64,000 bases of DNA from Nemertoderma westbladi (GCA_032718475.1 JAUCBJ010002722.1:1-64000); one strand, 5' to 3'; numbered from the stretch's first letter, positions 25,169 to 38,552 are shown. Notes: generated by a model not told the origin, from the letters alone. A program made the numbers and translations.

Positions 25169-26798
25169 TAACATATGGAGTGGGCGTGTGACTATATCAT
25201 TTTATATTTGTTTTTATTTTATATTTATGTATGTATTATTATGTAATTTTATTATAATCGTTTTCTTTAATTTTATTTAGTAGAATGTTATTTTAGTGAT
25301 TATTTAGTAGATTAGTGCAATATATTAGTGTTTATTACGTACGTAATTACTTATAATATATATTAGTGCGACGGTGAGAAATAATTATTTTTCTCTTTCC
25401 TTACTGTCCGTATCATATTGTAAATACGTGACTACAGTAAGATGAAATGTCCGTACTTAGTAAAGTACAATAAAGCCACTACTATATTCAAGTATTGTTG
25501 GTAGGCAGAGTATTAGGAATGCAAAGTTCAGATCCTCGTGTCTCGGCTAAACCAAGCTCTGGGTAGACCTTGGAAACGACTTGCCTCTTCACACTGACAT
25601 TGCTTCGTGCGATATTGCTCTTCTACCTTATATTAAATAATACATATAGTAGCGTGATGTCCCTCTAACAGTAGCGTAAAACGCAAATAAATCTGTTAAA
25701 CTTTTTGACCATCTGTAATTCTAGTCGATTAAGATATCGCGGCACCCACCGATATACTTGAAAGACAAATTCTAGAATCAGTGGTTAACGTCCCCAGACA
25801 AGCTCTGGAATAAATCGGTGCCCATCTTAAATATTAATTTAATATTTAGTAAAATCTGTAAAATTCAGATCCTTTAAATTTCTAGTCAATTAAGATATCG
25901 TAGCCCTTACCGATACTCTTAAAAGACAAATTTCATAGAATTAAGGATCCTATGTCCCCAGACCTGCTCTGGAATCAAATTGTGTCAATTTTAACATCAA
26001 ATAATAAATAAATAAAAAAATAAATTTAAATTCATATTTTTAAATGAATTTCATAAATTGTCATTTTGTACAATTTATAACATTCCCAAAATTCCATTAA
26101 TTAATAGATCATGGGAGCGGAGATTCATCATATTGAGTGTATTAGAGTGCGAGAATCTCCAACATATAGTCAATAGCCGATAAAAATAATAAAATCATGC
26201 ATAAAGAGAATATTGACAATTAAAGAATTATTATTAAATAGCATCCCAGATCTGTATGCATGAGAATTACCCTAATTCTACCGCTAGCTTTCCATAATGT
26301 CACCATAGCAACACCCACGCTAGAATTAGAAGCAAGTTAAAAGAACAATAGAAAGCTTGTCCCATTGCATTGCATAGAGAATACATAGCACACTGTTAGT
26401 ATCCAAGGATACACAATAATAACGTGACATTCTGGAAGGCACTGACTAACGGACAAATGGCCTGTATGTGTACAATTGGTGACAGTTGTGTGGAATTTGT
26501 GTGTTTGTAGGTGAATGTTACTGCTAAGGTGTGTTTACCGTAGCTAGTCGCAATTGTGAAAGTAGCCCAACTCTCCTATAGAAAGAACCTAAAGTGGATC
26601 CAAGACTTTGGTACGGACAGTGGAGTGACTTGTGCCGGTTATCGTCGTCGTGCTGTTGCTACATGTTGGCGTAAACACCGCGACGACGGTACGGCGGCGC
26701 TGAGAATCCCACTGTCCGGGGGCAAAGAAAGGTAGGCAGCGACGTCCGCTCGCCTAAACATAAACTAATTTCGATATTAATAAACTCAGATAGCAGAT

Positions 26799-28247
26799 AT
26801 GACGGATTTGATAGAAGATGATCTTGGTATCAGGGAGCGATATACTCTACCTTTACAAGCATTTGTGGATAGCTTGATACGCGGTGAAGCCGATCCAACC
26901 ATTACGGAGGACGATGGTCGTTATATCGAACCGCCGATGTCCCAAGAGCAACATACGCGTGAATTGGACTATCGAAAATTCACCGTTCGCTATACGAATC
27001 GTAATGGTACGTATATGGACTTCCTAACTACCGGCCATCCTATCGATTTACTTGATACGGACGAGGTAGACACCGAAAGGGAAATGGTTCTATTTAAATA
27101 TCATACCCAGCGGAGTCGTAACAATAAACCGAAAATAGATCACGAAAATTCTATTCGTAACAGACTGGGAAGACGAACCAATATGCCTAGAATCTGAGGA
27201 GATTCAGCCTATCGCGCCCGGAACAGCGACAACGATTACATCATAGAATGGTATCGAGGTCCACAGTGTCTCACTGCGTACGATTATCGACATGCCAACT
27301 ATGTTTCTAGGCAACGTTGTCGGTTATGCGCATCAAGAGACCACGATACGCCCATGGACACCAACGTCCGCTGTTCCTATTTCCAAGAACAACCGACTAT
27401 GGAAATTTATTGCGCATATTGTAGACTCAATAACTTGCATATCTTTGCGGTTTGCCCTCAATTTATGACTCAATGTCACCATTGTCAACTAAAGGGACAT
27501 GCTAGTTTCGACTGCCCTTTTAATCACGATTTGGAAAGCGTAGATGAAATGATCACACTACGTTACATCAGAGCTTGGGAAGCGAACGCTGATTTACATT
27601 GTGATTCGCGCCATCGCTATTATCCCGGACGCGCTTACGAAGGAGTTTATGCGTTCCATCCTTATCTATTCGCTTCGGTTGAACAGAAATCACGCATATC
27701 AAGTTACGAGCTACTGAAGCGCGTCGGAGAATGTATTTCAACCAAATTCGTACGCAAATTTCTCAGGAGTGTTAATCCTAGCGACCTTCATTCCTATAAC
27801 TTAATCAATTATATCCGTCAGGATCCAGACTATGGAGACTTGTTTGTTAACTCACACCCCGAGTTACAGGAAGTGTATCGACGGCCTTACGAATACCGAG
27901 CCCGCGAACGCGAGTTGGAAAGGACCATTAAACCCCGGAGGTTTCTAACTGCCTATGGTCCACCCACGGCCTTCGTTCAGACCACTCGTAAAGGACCCGT
28001 AAGAGCGGCTGTCTTGAAACGAGCTCTCAAAGCCGTTAGAGCCCTCTCACCTGATGTTGATGTCAATCAACCCGGTACTTCGACTGGCGGATACACCGAC
28101 CATAATCCTACACCCTCTGATGCAATCATATTGCACCCTTCACCCAGGAGTTATAGCCCTCCTTGTAAAGTGGCTCGCCCCAAAGAGAAAAGGACTCTGG
28201 CTAGCTTTAAGAAACTACGTAAACGCCGTCCGCGCAAGAAAGACTAA
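26799..28247 (+). CDS. Additional 3' ORF of the BEL element: multi zinc-knuckle protein with a basic C-terminus (one in-frame TGA)
   Basis: ORFs 26799-27197 and 27354-28247 are in the same frame, with open codons between them and only the TGA at 27195-27197 interrupting. Motifs CRLCASRDH, CAYCRLNNLHIFAVC and CHHCQLKGHASFDC; C-terminal KKLRKRRPRKKD. Confidence 0.7.
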
Positions 28248-28325
28248 CTGTTTAGAGTATTTACGTATATTAGAAACTGTGATTTTTGTATATTTATAGA
28301 CTCAAATCCCATTTTCTGGGAGCGG

Positions 28326-29563
28326 TGTAAAAGCTTCTGTGGGATATAACTGGCCCTTTTGCTTTGCGGTCCGAGTTCCCCCCAGGCGCTGGAATACTCT
28401 AAAAAGGCTTTCTAACTATATATATATTCCCCTCGCCCGCAAGGTACCGTTATAGGTGTTTTAACGGACATAAAAGTCATTCTTCTAGATTTGTACTTTA
28501 GAGGACATAATCCGCAATCTCGTGACGCAATCTCTTGAAAACAGTGTCGCTACCATGACGACGGCTAACAGCTGATATTGCCACGTCGACATTTCTTTGT
28601 TTCTTTGTTCTCTCGTGGTTCGGTTGACCAATCAGAGCGATTTTTTCTGTAGATGTGGAGCTTTGGGGGAGATCATGCTAGAGCGTTCAGTCTTACTGTT
28701 TTTTGTGATACTGTTGTGTTGTTGGTATCTAGGCCAGGAACACCGGCTCTAGAGTTAACTTGTTTCATACTTTTAGAAGAAACATTAGTAGGCTTAAGAT
28801 TATAAGAGCGTATAACTGTTATCAGTCCATATCAGTGCATATCTTGTCACATCTTGTCATATCATATCTTAACCTACCGTCTTAATGCTATTTACTGTTG
28901 TGTTTTGGTTGAATATTATTTGGAGAACATATATAAAGAACCCAAATTTCCCAATTTTCTTGATACACTACAGGTTAGAGAGACGGGTTATATATAGCGA
29001 TTGCGACTTATATTGTTGTGGTTTGTAGTGAATTTAATGCTATTTGATAAGCACTACATTGGTCCGTTGCTGTTCCCTTTATATATGATAAAAATCATTG
29101 ACAGTCGGCAAATTAGTGAGCAGTATTGTGAGTTACCGGTAGTGTGCATGATTGTGACTGATAACTAAGCATTTCCTAAAGAATGCGCCTCATACGTGAA
29201 TCATAAGCCTTACTGACTTACCGTTGTGATTAGTGTAAGTCATATCTCTGTTTATTTAGATAGAGCGCCACGTCCTAAAGGAACTGTTAATATTTCCCGA
29301 AAGTGAATAATATTAGTCAGAAATTATTTATTAACGATCAATCGAATAATACAGTAGGTTTCACTGCAATAATAATCTAAGCCCTCAGAATCCAGTTTCC
29401 CGGGAATATCCAGCGGGTGAATGGACGCGCACTAGGCTGGCTTCTGCTAATGTTGTGTTTATTGGTATTAAATATTTGTCATCTTCTAAAGTATATTTAT
29501 AAACCAAAAGACATATAAATTTTGGCAGGTTAAACTGCTAAAGGTCTTCCAAAAGCGCGTACA
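28326..29563 (+). repeat. 3' LTR of BEL copy B (1238 bp)
   Basis: Direct repeat of 17519-18750, followed by the TSD ACAAT. Confidence 0.95.
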
Positions 29564-29568
29564 ACAAT

Positions 29569-30350
29569 ATATACCCAGGGGCAGGGGAGGGTATTGCAGA
29601 TAGGTGTATGGGCCCCAATATAATGACATTTACCCACCAGTACCAAGTATAACATTGGTGGGGGGGTGGGGGGGGGGGGGGGCAGGGTGACATTCCCCCA
29701 TTACAGTATCCGCAATACACACAACCAAAAACAAAAACCCCAACCCACTCAGATCCAAACAGATTGTGTGACACGGAGATATGGAGGAGACTACCCCCGA
29801 TGATATATCCCACTCAGGGAAATTCGACTAACCCGAGAGGCGAAGCACACCCAACAATAAAGGAGCCTGCATCCCTACTGTCGAGCGCACTAGAAGTTCA
29901 AGTGTTGGGAATGGCAACACTCATCGAAGTGCTGAAAACTAGAATTGAGCTGCCACCAGTGCAGCCTTTCAAATTTGATGGTAGCAAGCCGGAAGAATAT
30001 CTACAGTTCAGGAGAATGTACAGAAATGAGATTTAAACAAAAAATCTCTCACAGGCGGAGTGCCTTAAATACATACAAGTCTATACAGGGGGGCCAGCTT
30101 ACGACATTATGGGGCAATACCAAGGTATTGAAGGAGGATTCACAACTGCATGGATTTTTTGGATTTTTTGTAGTTTTTGAGGTAATTTGGCCATCCTACG
30201 AAGATTATCCGACAAACCTTAAGGGGAATAACATCAGGTGGACTCGCAGATAACCCCGTTAGCATAAAGACTTTCGCTAACAAAGTAGAGAAAGCGCTAA
30301 TAGTATTAAAGACTCTAGATGCACCTTACGATTTCAATGCATCGAACATC
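29569..30350 (+). pseudogene. Continuation of the degraded BEL gag (DUF1759-like) interrupted by copy B
   Basis: RIELPPVQPFKFDGSKPEEYLQFRRMY..NLSQAECLKYI..YTGGPA matches the BEL Gag capsid-like motif. Confidence 0.7.
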
Positions 30351-30843
30351 ATCACAACATCTCCAAAAATGGATACCATCTGGAAATCAGATCTCTCCAG
30401 GCACCTGAAGACTAACTTCTTTTGAGCCACAGTGGAAAGTGTACTTTTATACTGTACGGGGGTGAGACCTGGACACTGACGAAATCACTTGAACACCGAA
30501 TTCATGGTTGCTACACAAGACTACTAAGGGCAGCCCTGAACATCAGCTGGAGACAACACTTGACAAACGCTTAGCTTTATGGTACAATACCGCCTGTATC
30601 AACCACCCTCCATGAACGTAGATTATGATTCAGTGGGCACTGCTGGCGAAGTAAAGACTAGGTCGTATACCAGATCTACTTTTCTTGCAACCAATAAATG
30701 CGACCGGCTATAACATATATTGACCAGCTTGAAAGGGATGCTGAACTTGAGAGAAACGAAATTTCGACAACTATGGAGAATCGGGAAGCCTGGAAGGATC
30801 TCATTTCCAATGTCCAAGATCGCTCGACCTAGTATTAGTAGTT
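30350..30843 (+). mobile_element. RTE-clade LINE 3' fragment
   Basis: TVESVLLY..ETWTLT..YTRLLRAALNISW remnant with a (TAG)n-like tail; homologous to 36378-36830 (-). Confidence 0.75.
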
Positions 30844-31097
30844 ACCAATTAAAACCAAACTAAATATCGGGTGCACAGTATACAAAAAATAAAATTTAAA
30901 TATTACTTTAAAGAAACCAGATTAAAAATTTCGGACCCAGGCCAGGCTTCAATATTTTTGTATGGAATAACTTCCTCTGACATTCTAAAACAAGTGAATT
31001 AGGATGTCTCTATGTACAGTATCTCGTGGTTAATTTGTTGATGGCCACCGACTGCGTGCGCAATCTATTACACATTCTATGTCTTACATTCTATTAA

Positions 31098-32515
31098 CCC
31101 TATTAGTACCGGGCTATAAAATGTACAAATACCGCGGGGGGGGGGGGGGGGGGGTCATATTGACCCCCCCCCCCCCCCCCCCCCCCTCTAAAATCTACAA
31201 ATTTCTACGAAAACGTCTGATTTTTTGTTTGTACGTAGGTATCACTACTCTGGATCCGACTGAAAAAAAAAATTTCGAAAAAATTTACTGGGGTGGTTAT
31301 ATTGCAGCACCAAAATTACAAGTAGTGCACAATTTTCACAAAATTTGAAAGTTACACTTGTCGGCTAATTGTTTTTCAATACAGGTTTTCTAAGGCGCAA
31401 AATATATTTTAAAATATTTAAAAATGATATGATTACTATCAATGGCTGTTTAGTCCTCTCTTCGTAGGAAAAAAAGGAAAAAATCAAGTATCCAACACTT
31501 TTCAGTTAGAACACAAAATTTTTAATTCACTTATACAATGATATAAATTTACATTTATACGTTTTCTAGGGCGCTGATTCTAATGGAATACATTTATAAT
31601 ATGCCATATCATTGCTACTTGTATTTTTCGTCGTAATTTCTCAAATTTTGGTGCTAGTACCAAATTTCGTACCCAACACCAAAAAGTACAGGTTTGCGAT
31701 GTCCAGTGCAGTTTTTATTGATTCCATCGGATTCAGGACCCTCACAAACACGTATAACGCAAGAAGCAAGGTGACACAATCAATTGATATATTTGATGGT
31801 TTTTAAAATTTGGTGCTAGAACCACATTTTTCACCCACTTCCGAAAAATACAAGATTGAGATGTCTAGTTAGATAATTATATATTCCATTAAATTCAGAA
31901 CAGCCATGAAACTCTAAAACGCAAGAAATAAATTGTCACAAGCAATTTTATCTATTGAATGGATTTTCAAAATTTCGTGCTAGCACCAAAATTTACACAC
32001 AGCACCGAAAAATATAACTTTGATACGCTTGGTGCAACTCGTATATATCTCATCGAAACCAGAACACCAAAAAACCCCAATTGCTTAAAAAACAAGTTTC
32101 AAACAATCAATTTACAAAATTAACATATTTCAAAATTTGGTGCTGGCACCAAAATTTGGCACCAGCCGAAAAAAACAAGTTCGAAATTTCTAAATCAATT
32201 TATATGAATTCCATCCAATTGCTAACACCAAAAAACCGGTGTAAATAAAAAATAGAGATGTTACAATTCATATTTAATGAAATGTAACTTTCATAAAACG
32301 TCTCAAAAAAGTGCCAAAAGTAGGGTTAAAAATGGTGCTATAACTTGAAAACTATCCAATATTTTTGAAAAGGGTTTTCACTAGTAGGAAGACAATAGAT
32401 TTTTAGGAAAAGTCATAAAATTTCAGATTCCCAAATGCGTTTGTTTCAGAATTATTATAAAAAAACCACGGGGGGGGGGGGTTCATATTGACCCCCCCCC
32501 CCGGGTTTAATAGGG
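31098..32515 (+). mobile_element. Non-autonomous piggyBac-type DNA transposon (1418 bp)
   Basis: TTAA on both sides (31094-97, 32516-19); TIRs CCCTATTA/TAATAGGG; subterminal poly-G/tcatattgac/poly-C palindromes at both ends; internal repeats of tttggtgctagcaccaaa-like motifs; no ORF. Confidence 0.88.
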
Positions 32516-32699
32516 TTAAACTTATCAAAAGGTCTTATACTTTGTTGGAGTTTCTGCAAGCAAGCTCTCACAGCTGTAAAAGAGAGCAGAAATCACGATT
32601 AATGTGTGTTTAGGCAAAATCTTTTTTGGGTTGGCGAATCCCCGCCTATGCCAGGAGATTTGTAAAACTCCCTTAAGAAACTAAAGTTGAATGATGTAC

Positions 32700-34307
32700 T
32701 TCAGGTTTGTACAATGGTACAATGGAGTCCAGCATGGCTTGGCAAAACTGTGGATTGACCAACCATGCCCCGTGTCAAGCATACCCAGCATATGATTTGA
32801 GGTGCTACTGTTGTGGAAAATCGGGTCATTTTGATCGGGTCTGCTACCAAGGGAATAACAATCCTCCAGGAAGGTCCAAAACCCGAGGGGCTATTAACCA
32901 CTTGTCTCTTGGTAGCATTACCAAAGGCGATTCCGATCCACTCCAGTTTAAATGGTGTGGGGACAATGGTCTGGTTGTGCGATACAGGTGCATTTGCGAA
33001 CATTATACTTGTCATAACCTGTCCATTCTCGGTGAGGGGCGCCATTATGTCAATATGGGACCAACCATAGTACACTCACCGGTCCAGATGGTCATGTATT
33101 AGAGTAGTTTGGGGTGGATATGATAGAGTGTATACAGCATGTGTCCATGTTCTAGAAAATTCCCGTACACCATTGCTATAACAGAGCTAATCAAGGGACC
33201 TCGAAATTCAACTTACATCACACCTACATCAGTAGGATGGGGAGCTATGTCCTCAGATATAGAAATATTACCATATCTTGCAAGGGCAGCACCTTCTGAA
33301 AGCGTATTAGCTACTATTATTAGGAGATTTGGTTTGCTGAATTTGGTGATTTATTCCTGGAACTAAACGATGATACACCATTATCGACAATGGCTGGTCC
33401 AGAGATGGTAATTAATTTAAAACCGGGTGCAGTGCTATCAGCTGGGTATCGCCCATACCCAATACCAATTCGTTGGCAAGAAAATGTACATGATATGTTA
33501 TTAGGTATGGAGTCCAAAGGTGTAATTGAGAGGGTGCCAGTACATGAGGTGGCTGACTGGATGCATCCAATGGTAGTGTCCCCTAAGAAAAACTCTACAG
33601 AACCAAGAATCACTATCGACTTCACTGCTTTAAATTGATGGTGTGGTGATAAGTGTGGCAATTAGGCTACCCTAAAGGATACCAACTCGTGAGGTCGATA
33701 GACCACAGCTGTCAGCCGGGAATGAGGTTGTTCAGCACTTTTGATGTGCATCATTGGTACTGGAGGTGCCCTTAGTATAGGATACCCACTCCCTGACCAC
33801 CTTCATAACACCATGGGGTCGATTGAGTTTCTTAAGAACATAATGGGTTTGATCAGTGCTGGTGACGAGCACAATAGCCGGATTGATGATGCAATGCAGG
33901 GTATACCTAACATATACAGTATCATTGAGAACATTGTGGCATGTGATGTTACCCCGATTGCGAACCATTATTCTCCTGTGGTGTCGCAGTCATAAGTTCA
34001 CATTGAATCGTAATAAATTAGTGTATGCACAGCCTCAAGTAGAATGGTGTGGCTACTATCAGTAAATGGTTACAGAATCTCAGACAACTTAGTTGACTCT
34101 TGGTCGTCATTTCCAGTACCACAATCGTGTACTGATACAAGGTTCTTTTGTGGCTTAGTTCAACAGTTTAATGCCTTTTTCACAGATATTGCCCTGTTGT
34201 CAGCACCAATTGTCGCATTGTTATCGCCTAAGGTCCCATTTGTATGGGAGGCCCTCACTCAACAAAAGGCAATTGATGACCTAATAGCAGTTTTAACTTG
34301 GGCCTGA
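32700..34307 (+). pseudogene. Degraded Ty3/Gypsy gag-pol relic
   Basis: CYCCGKSGHFDRVC knuckle, LCDTGA protease, PMVVSPKK..PRITIDFTALN and MGL.SAGDE RT motifs, RFFCGLVQQF; many stops and frameshifts; no LTRs found. Confidence 0.8.
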
Positions 34308-34897
34308 AGCGGCAAATTTTTCCGTAAACTGGTTATCCATTTCCAATTGTGTGCTTCTTCGCATGGTTAGGTGCAATAGCATTTACTGTCATCGTAGCCG
34401 GCTGAGTGTTGGAGTGTTGCTGGGGCTGGATACCGAACGGGGGTGATACAGTTCCACTGAGATAGGAGGGCTGTGTTTACTGGTGCTGTAGGGCAAAGAT
34501 AATGTTCCTGACCTGGACTTTGGAGAAACTAGCTCCTTGTCTTTCCTTCCATGTATATTAATATACAGTAACATATGTAATACACATTAACCAGTAATAG
34601 CAGCACAAGGTCTGAGCCCAGTGTGATTGCACAAAGAACTCTGGGTGAATAATAATCAACAACTGTTAGTAGAACAACATAGAAATTATTGCGGTTTCCC
34701 AGAATGAGAGATCGTAAACACACTGAACTATAAATCATGGTTACATTGGTATATCCCTACTGTTAGAGAGAGAGAATGTTAATGGAATCGATGTAAAATA
34801 TTTATTAGAAATATATTTATTATATTTAAAATTTATTTAGAGTAAAAAATTAAAAAATTGTTTATATGTTTTTAACATCCATGAGAATGTATAAATT

Positions 34898-35087
34898 ATT
34901 AAGTAATTTCAACAGAACTTAGGATGATCCTGATCCAACTCAATAGCATATGGAGCAGAAAAATTGAATTCCCCACCAGCGGAGATCAAACCCGCGTCTC
35001 CCGATAAATGTTCATGTATGCTAACGTTTCATTCTGCTCCATTTGCTATAGCTTTGGATCATCCTAAGTCCTGTTTAAATTACTTAA
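34898..35087. mobile_element. MITE-like foldback element (~190 bp)
   Basis: Inverted arms attaagtaattt.aacag.acttaggatgatcc / ggatcatcctaagt.ctgtt.aaattacttaat, plus inner tggagcagaa/ttctgctcca. Confidence 0.6.
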
Positions 35088-36377
35088 TTATTTCTATTTC
35101 TATGCAGCATGTGATAGTATGCCTAATTTATGCAATAATCAATTTAAAAATACACGAATTTATGATTATGGTATTCTGGCCCTTTGATTGGACACATCCC
35201 CCAGAGATGCATTGTGCTATAATTAGAATGACATAATTGCTTTGGCCGCCATCTTAGCTTTTGATAATTATTGTGCCGGAACTCTGTATAGTTTTCTGCG
35301 TTTTGAGTACAGCTAGTATGTAATTTCTGATTTGCTGCTTACTGCAATTTGATTTAGTTTTGCATATATCAGACTTTGCTACAATAATTGCACTGAAAGA
35401 AGAATATGTAATCTCTCTACCTGATCAAAATCGTGTTTTCTTCTTGAATGAATGCTTAATTGCATGAACTGTTGATTTTCAGACTGTCAGACTGTTGATT
35501 AAATTATGCATTCACGCAATTGCGGTCCATATTAGCCATATTAGGCTAAGGGAATGCATGGGGCGCCCTACCAGGGAAGCGATGGGTTAGCGTCACGATG
35601 AGGATCTGGACGCATTGCGAGGCAGCAAGACGTGAGTTCAGATGTCACAGGTATATTCTTGCGCTGATGAAACTCAGTTACTGGTTATCCTGAAGGGAGG
35701 GAGGGGAACGCAATCTGGATTCTGTGTCTCCATCAGCCATTTCGGGTTGGTAATTCATAGGTTGTTTTCTGTTTCGTGATTGTTATCTTGCTTGAATCAT
35801 AAGTTAGGCCAAAATTAACTGTATAGGCTAAATCAGGGGCGGATTAAGGTCAAGGCACTTTTCCACTGCTGCCCCCCCCCCCCACCCCTGTTGTATCTGT
35901 GTTATGCATTGCTTATTTTATCAAATTACTGTATTTTAGTATATTAATAGTTATTTATTTACACCTGTGTAATTAATACATTGGAACTTAAATGGATATT
36001 ATTACATGGGAATTACAATACATTGACTGAGTTTGAGTTAGATATTTATTATAATTCTCTGTATAATATTGAAAAAACAATCAAAGTTTACTTAAAGTGC
36101 GCCTTTCTAGCCTTCCGACTAGCAAAGTCCGCAAAATCGAACAAAGTCGAACTCCATTTCGCCCAACATGTCTCACTCCATGCTCATCACTACTGCTGAT
36201 CATAACTCACCACAGCACTGCCTTTAATATGCCCAGCTTTGAAAAGTTTCTACTTGTTTCTGCCAGTAGGAGCTGACTGATTCACCCCATGTTAAAGAAA
36301 TAGATGCCCTGGAATTAATATTTATGACATGGGTGATGGGCTAGATATTATTAGATTATTAGACATAGTATTATAGA

Positions 36378-37041
36378 TACTACTACTAGGTCGAGCGAAC
36401 TCGGACAGTGGAAATGAGATCCTTCCAGGTTTCCTTCACGCAATTTCGTTTCTCCCAAGTTCAGTATCCTTTCAAGTTTTGATCTATATATGTTATGGTG
36501 GGTCGTCCACGACTACGCTTTCCATGAGTTGGTTGCCAGAAAAGTAGATCTGCTATGACCTCGTCTTTACTTCGCCAGCAGTGCCCACTGAATCTTAATC
36601 TGCGTTCACGGAGGGTGGTTGATACAGGTGGTATTGTACCATAAAGCTCGGCGTTTGTCATGTGTTGTCTCCAGGTGATGTTTAGGGCTGCCCTTAGTAG
36701 TCTTGTGTAGGTACCATCAATTCGTTGTTCGAGTGATTTAGTCAGTGTCCAGGTCTCACCCCCGTAAAATAAACACTTTCCACTTTTGCTCGAAGGAACT
36801 TTATTTCCAGATGGTATCCATTTTTGATAGAACTACCCAAGTCTTTGCTTTACTAACTTCTACTGTATGTCCTTTTTGCTACTCTCTATCCATGATCCAA
36901 GGTACTGGAAGTCGTCGACCTTCCTTGGTTGATTATTATCAATGGTTATCAAGTTTCCATCAACATTAAAGGTCATGAATTCGGTCTTTGTAGCATTTAT
37001 ATGCAATCCAACCTCCTTAGCAGCCCTCTCCACTTTATTTA
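36378..37041 (-). mobile_element. RTE-clade LINE 3' fragment (family 1)
   Basis: GLHINATKTEFM, DDFQYLGSWI and RRLRFSGHCWR on the minus strand; (TAG)n tail at ~36380. Confidence 0.8.
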
Positions 37042-38083
37042 GTGACAACATTTGTGTCTACTGTTGATGGTGACACAGAACCATTTGAAGTGATATGGGG
37101 CGTCCTCCAAGGAGACACACTTGCACCATTCTTGTTCATTATTGTGGTTGACTATGTTCTACGCATGTCCTTAGATCATCATAATGATGATGGGGTGATG
37201 ATAACTCCACCTACTGGCTCCACAAGTCGAGGAAATCCTGCCAAGTACCTAACTGATCTAGACTTTGCTGATGACTTAGGAGTACTCTCAGAATCATTAG
37301 AGGGAGCCCAACGGCTCCTCAGCTCATTAGAACATGCTGCTTCTAGTGTTGGTCTTTTTATTAACTCCAGAAAGACCAAAATTCTGACAGTTAACTTTGA
37401 AAGTCCTCAGCAAGTCTCTGATCAGATGAGCATAAGCTCAAAGGATGGTATGCTTGAGCATGTGGACGACTTCTGTTACCTGGGATCATGGATCCGGAAG
37501 TCAGGTGAGGACCTTCGAAAACGTAAGGGAAAGGCATGGGCAGCCTTGAATAGGCTTTCCAGAATTTGGAAGTCACCTAGAATTAATCGGAAACTTAAGG
37601 TCCGATTATTTAGAGCAGCAGTAGTTCCAGTACTCCTCTACGGGAGTCCATGCTGGGCTCTAACTGCTGAGGACACCAAATCTCTGGATGGCACATTCAC
37701 AAGAATGCTACGCCGGGTTCATTGTGTCAAGTACAATGCACACATCTCCAACCAGACACTATATAACATTGGAGGTGTCTCATTGGTTCCCCCAAGCTTG
37801 ACACTTGAACAAAATCGCCTCCGCTTTGCAGGACATTGCTTTCGCCGTGAGGACCAGCCAGTGCATAATCTTGTACTTTGGCAGCCTCATGGAGTGAATA
37901 AGCATGGTGGACAGCCCATGACTTTCTTGAGACGCATCTTAAAGGACACTGGCCTTAAAGATGCGGATGATCTAGCAAATGTCATGGTTGATAGGGAGTT
38001 GTGGCAGTGCAATTTTGTTGACAAGCCGGCACAGCATTCTTAAAAATGCAGCTGCAATGCAGCATGCCGATCCTAGTAGTAGT
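37042..38083 (+). mobile_element. RTE-clade LINE, 5'-truncated (family 2), with an open 333-aa RT segment
   Basis: GVLQGDTLAPFLF, LDFADDL, FCYLGSWI and RLRFAGHC motifs; tagtagtag tail. Further fragments at ~39720-39810 (-), 46203-46284 and 47383-47866. Confidence 0.88.
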
Positions 38084-38552
38084 TGACCCATGTCTGAAAT
38101 ATTTTTATTTATCATCATTTTAATCTCATTTCACTTTGTTTCAAAATTATGACAAAATATTTAGGTCAATGAAAAGCAATCAATCATAATGTGACTACAC
38201 TACAATACTTTAAAATAACAAGTGACATCTAAATGGCATTTCAGACACCATTCCTTCACAGGTTGCCATGACAACAGATGCAATTAAAGATGACCCAGAT
38301 GCACACTATCAAACATATGACTTGACACCTACCACAAAAGAAGGTTAGTATTAACTTTAGCATATATATTTATCATCATTGTTCTTAGATTATTTCTGTA
38401 AAGATGATTCCCTCGATAATGACATTTTTGAATACTAAATCCACTCTTTATTTTATCCATTATTTAGGTAAAAGGTGAATAAAGGACAGCTTCTGTCACC
38501 ATCCCCTTGAAAAACTCCCGTACATCGGAAGTGATTGCAGTGTCTCCAATAA

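Larger units (their letters stand above)
17519..29563 (+). mobile_element. Complete non-autonomous BEL/Pao LTR retrotransposon, copy B (12,045 bp)
   Basis: Near-identical LTRs at 17519-18750 and 28326-29563 (TG...CA); 5-bp TSD ACAAT at 17514-17518 and 29564-29568; purine-rich GGGAGCGG just before the 3' LTR. Confidence 0.95.

Noticed and set aside
35540-35725. U3 snoRNA-like or hammerhead-like GC-rich patch (cacgatgagg, ctgatgaaac, gagggaggggaacgc)
   Set aside because: There is no box A/A' 5' domain, no terminal CTGA box D and no hammerhead stems. An Rfam search would be needed.
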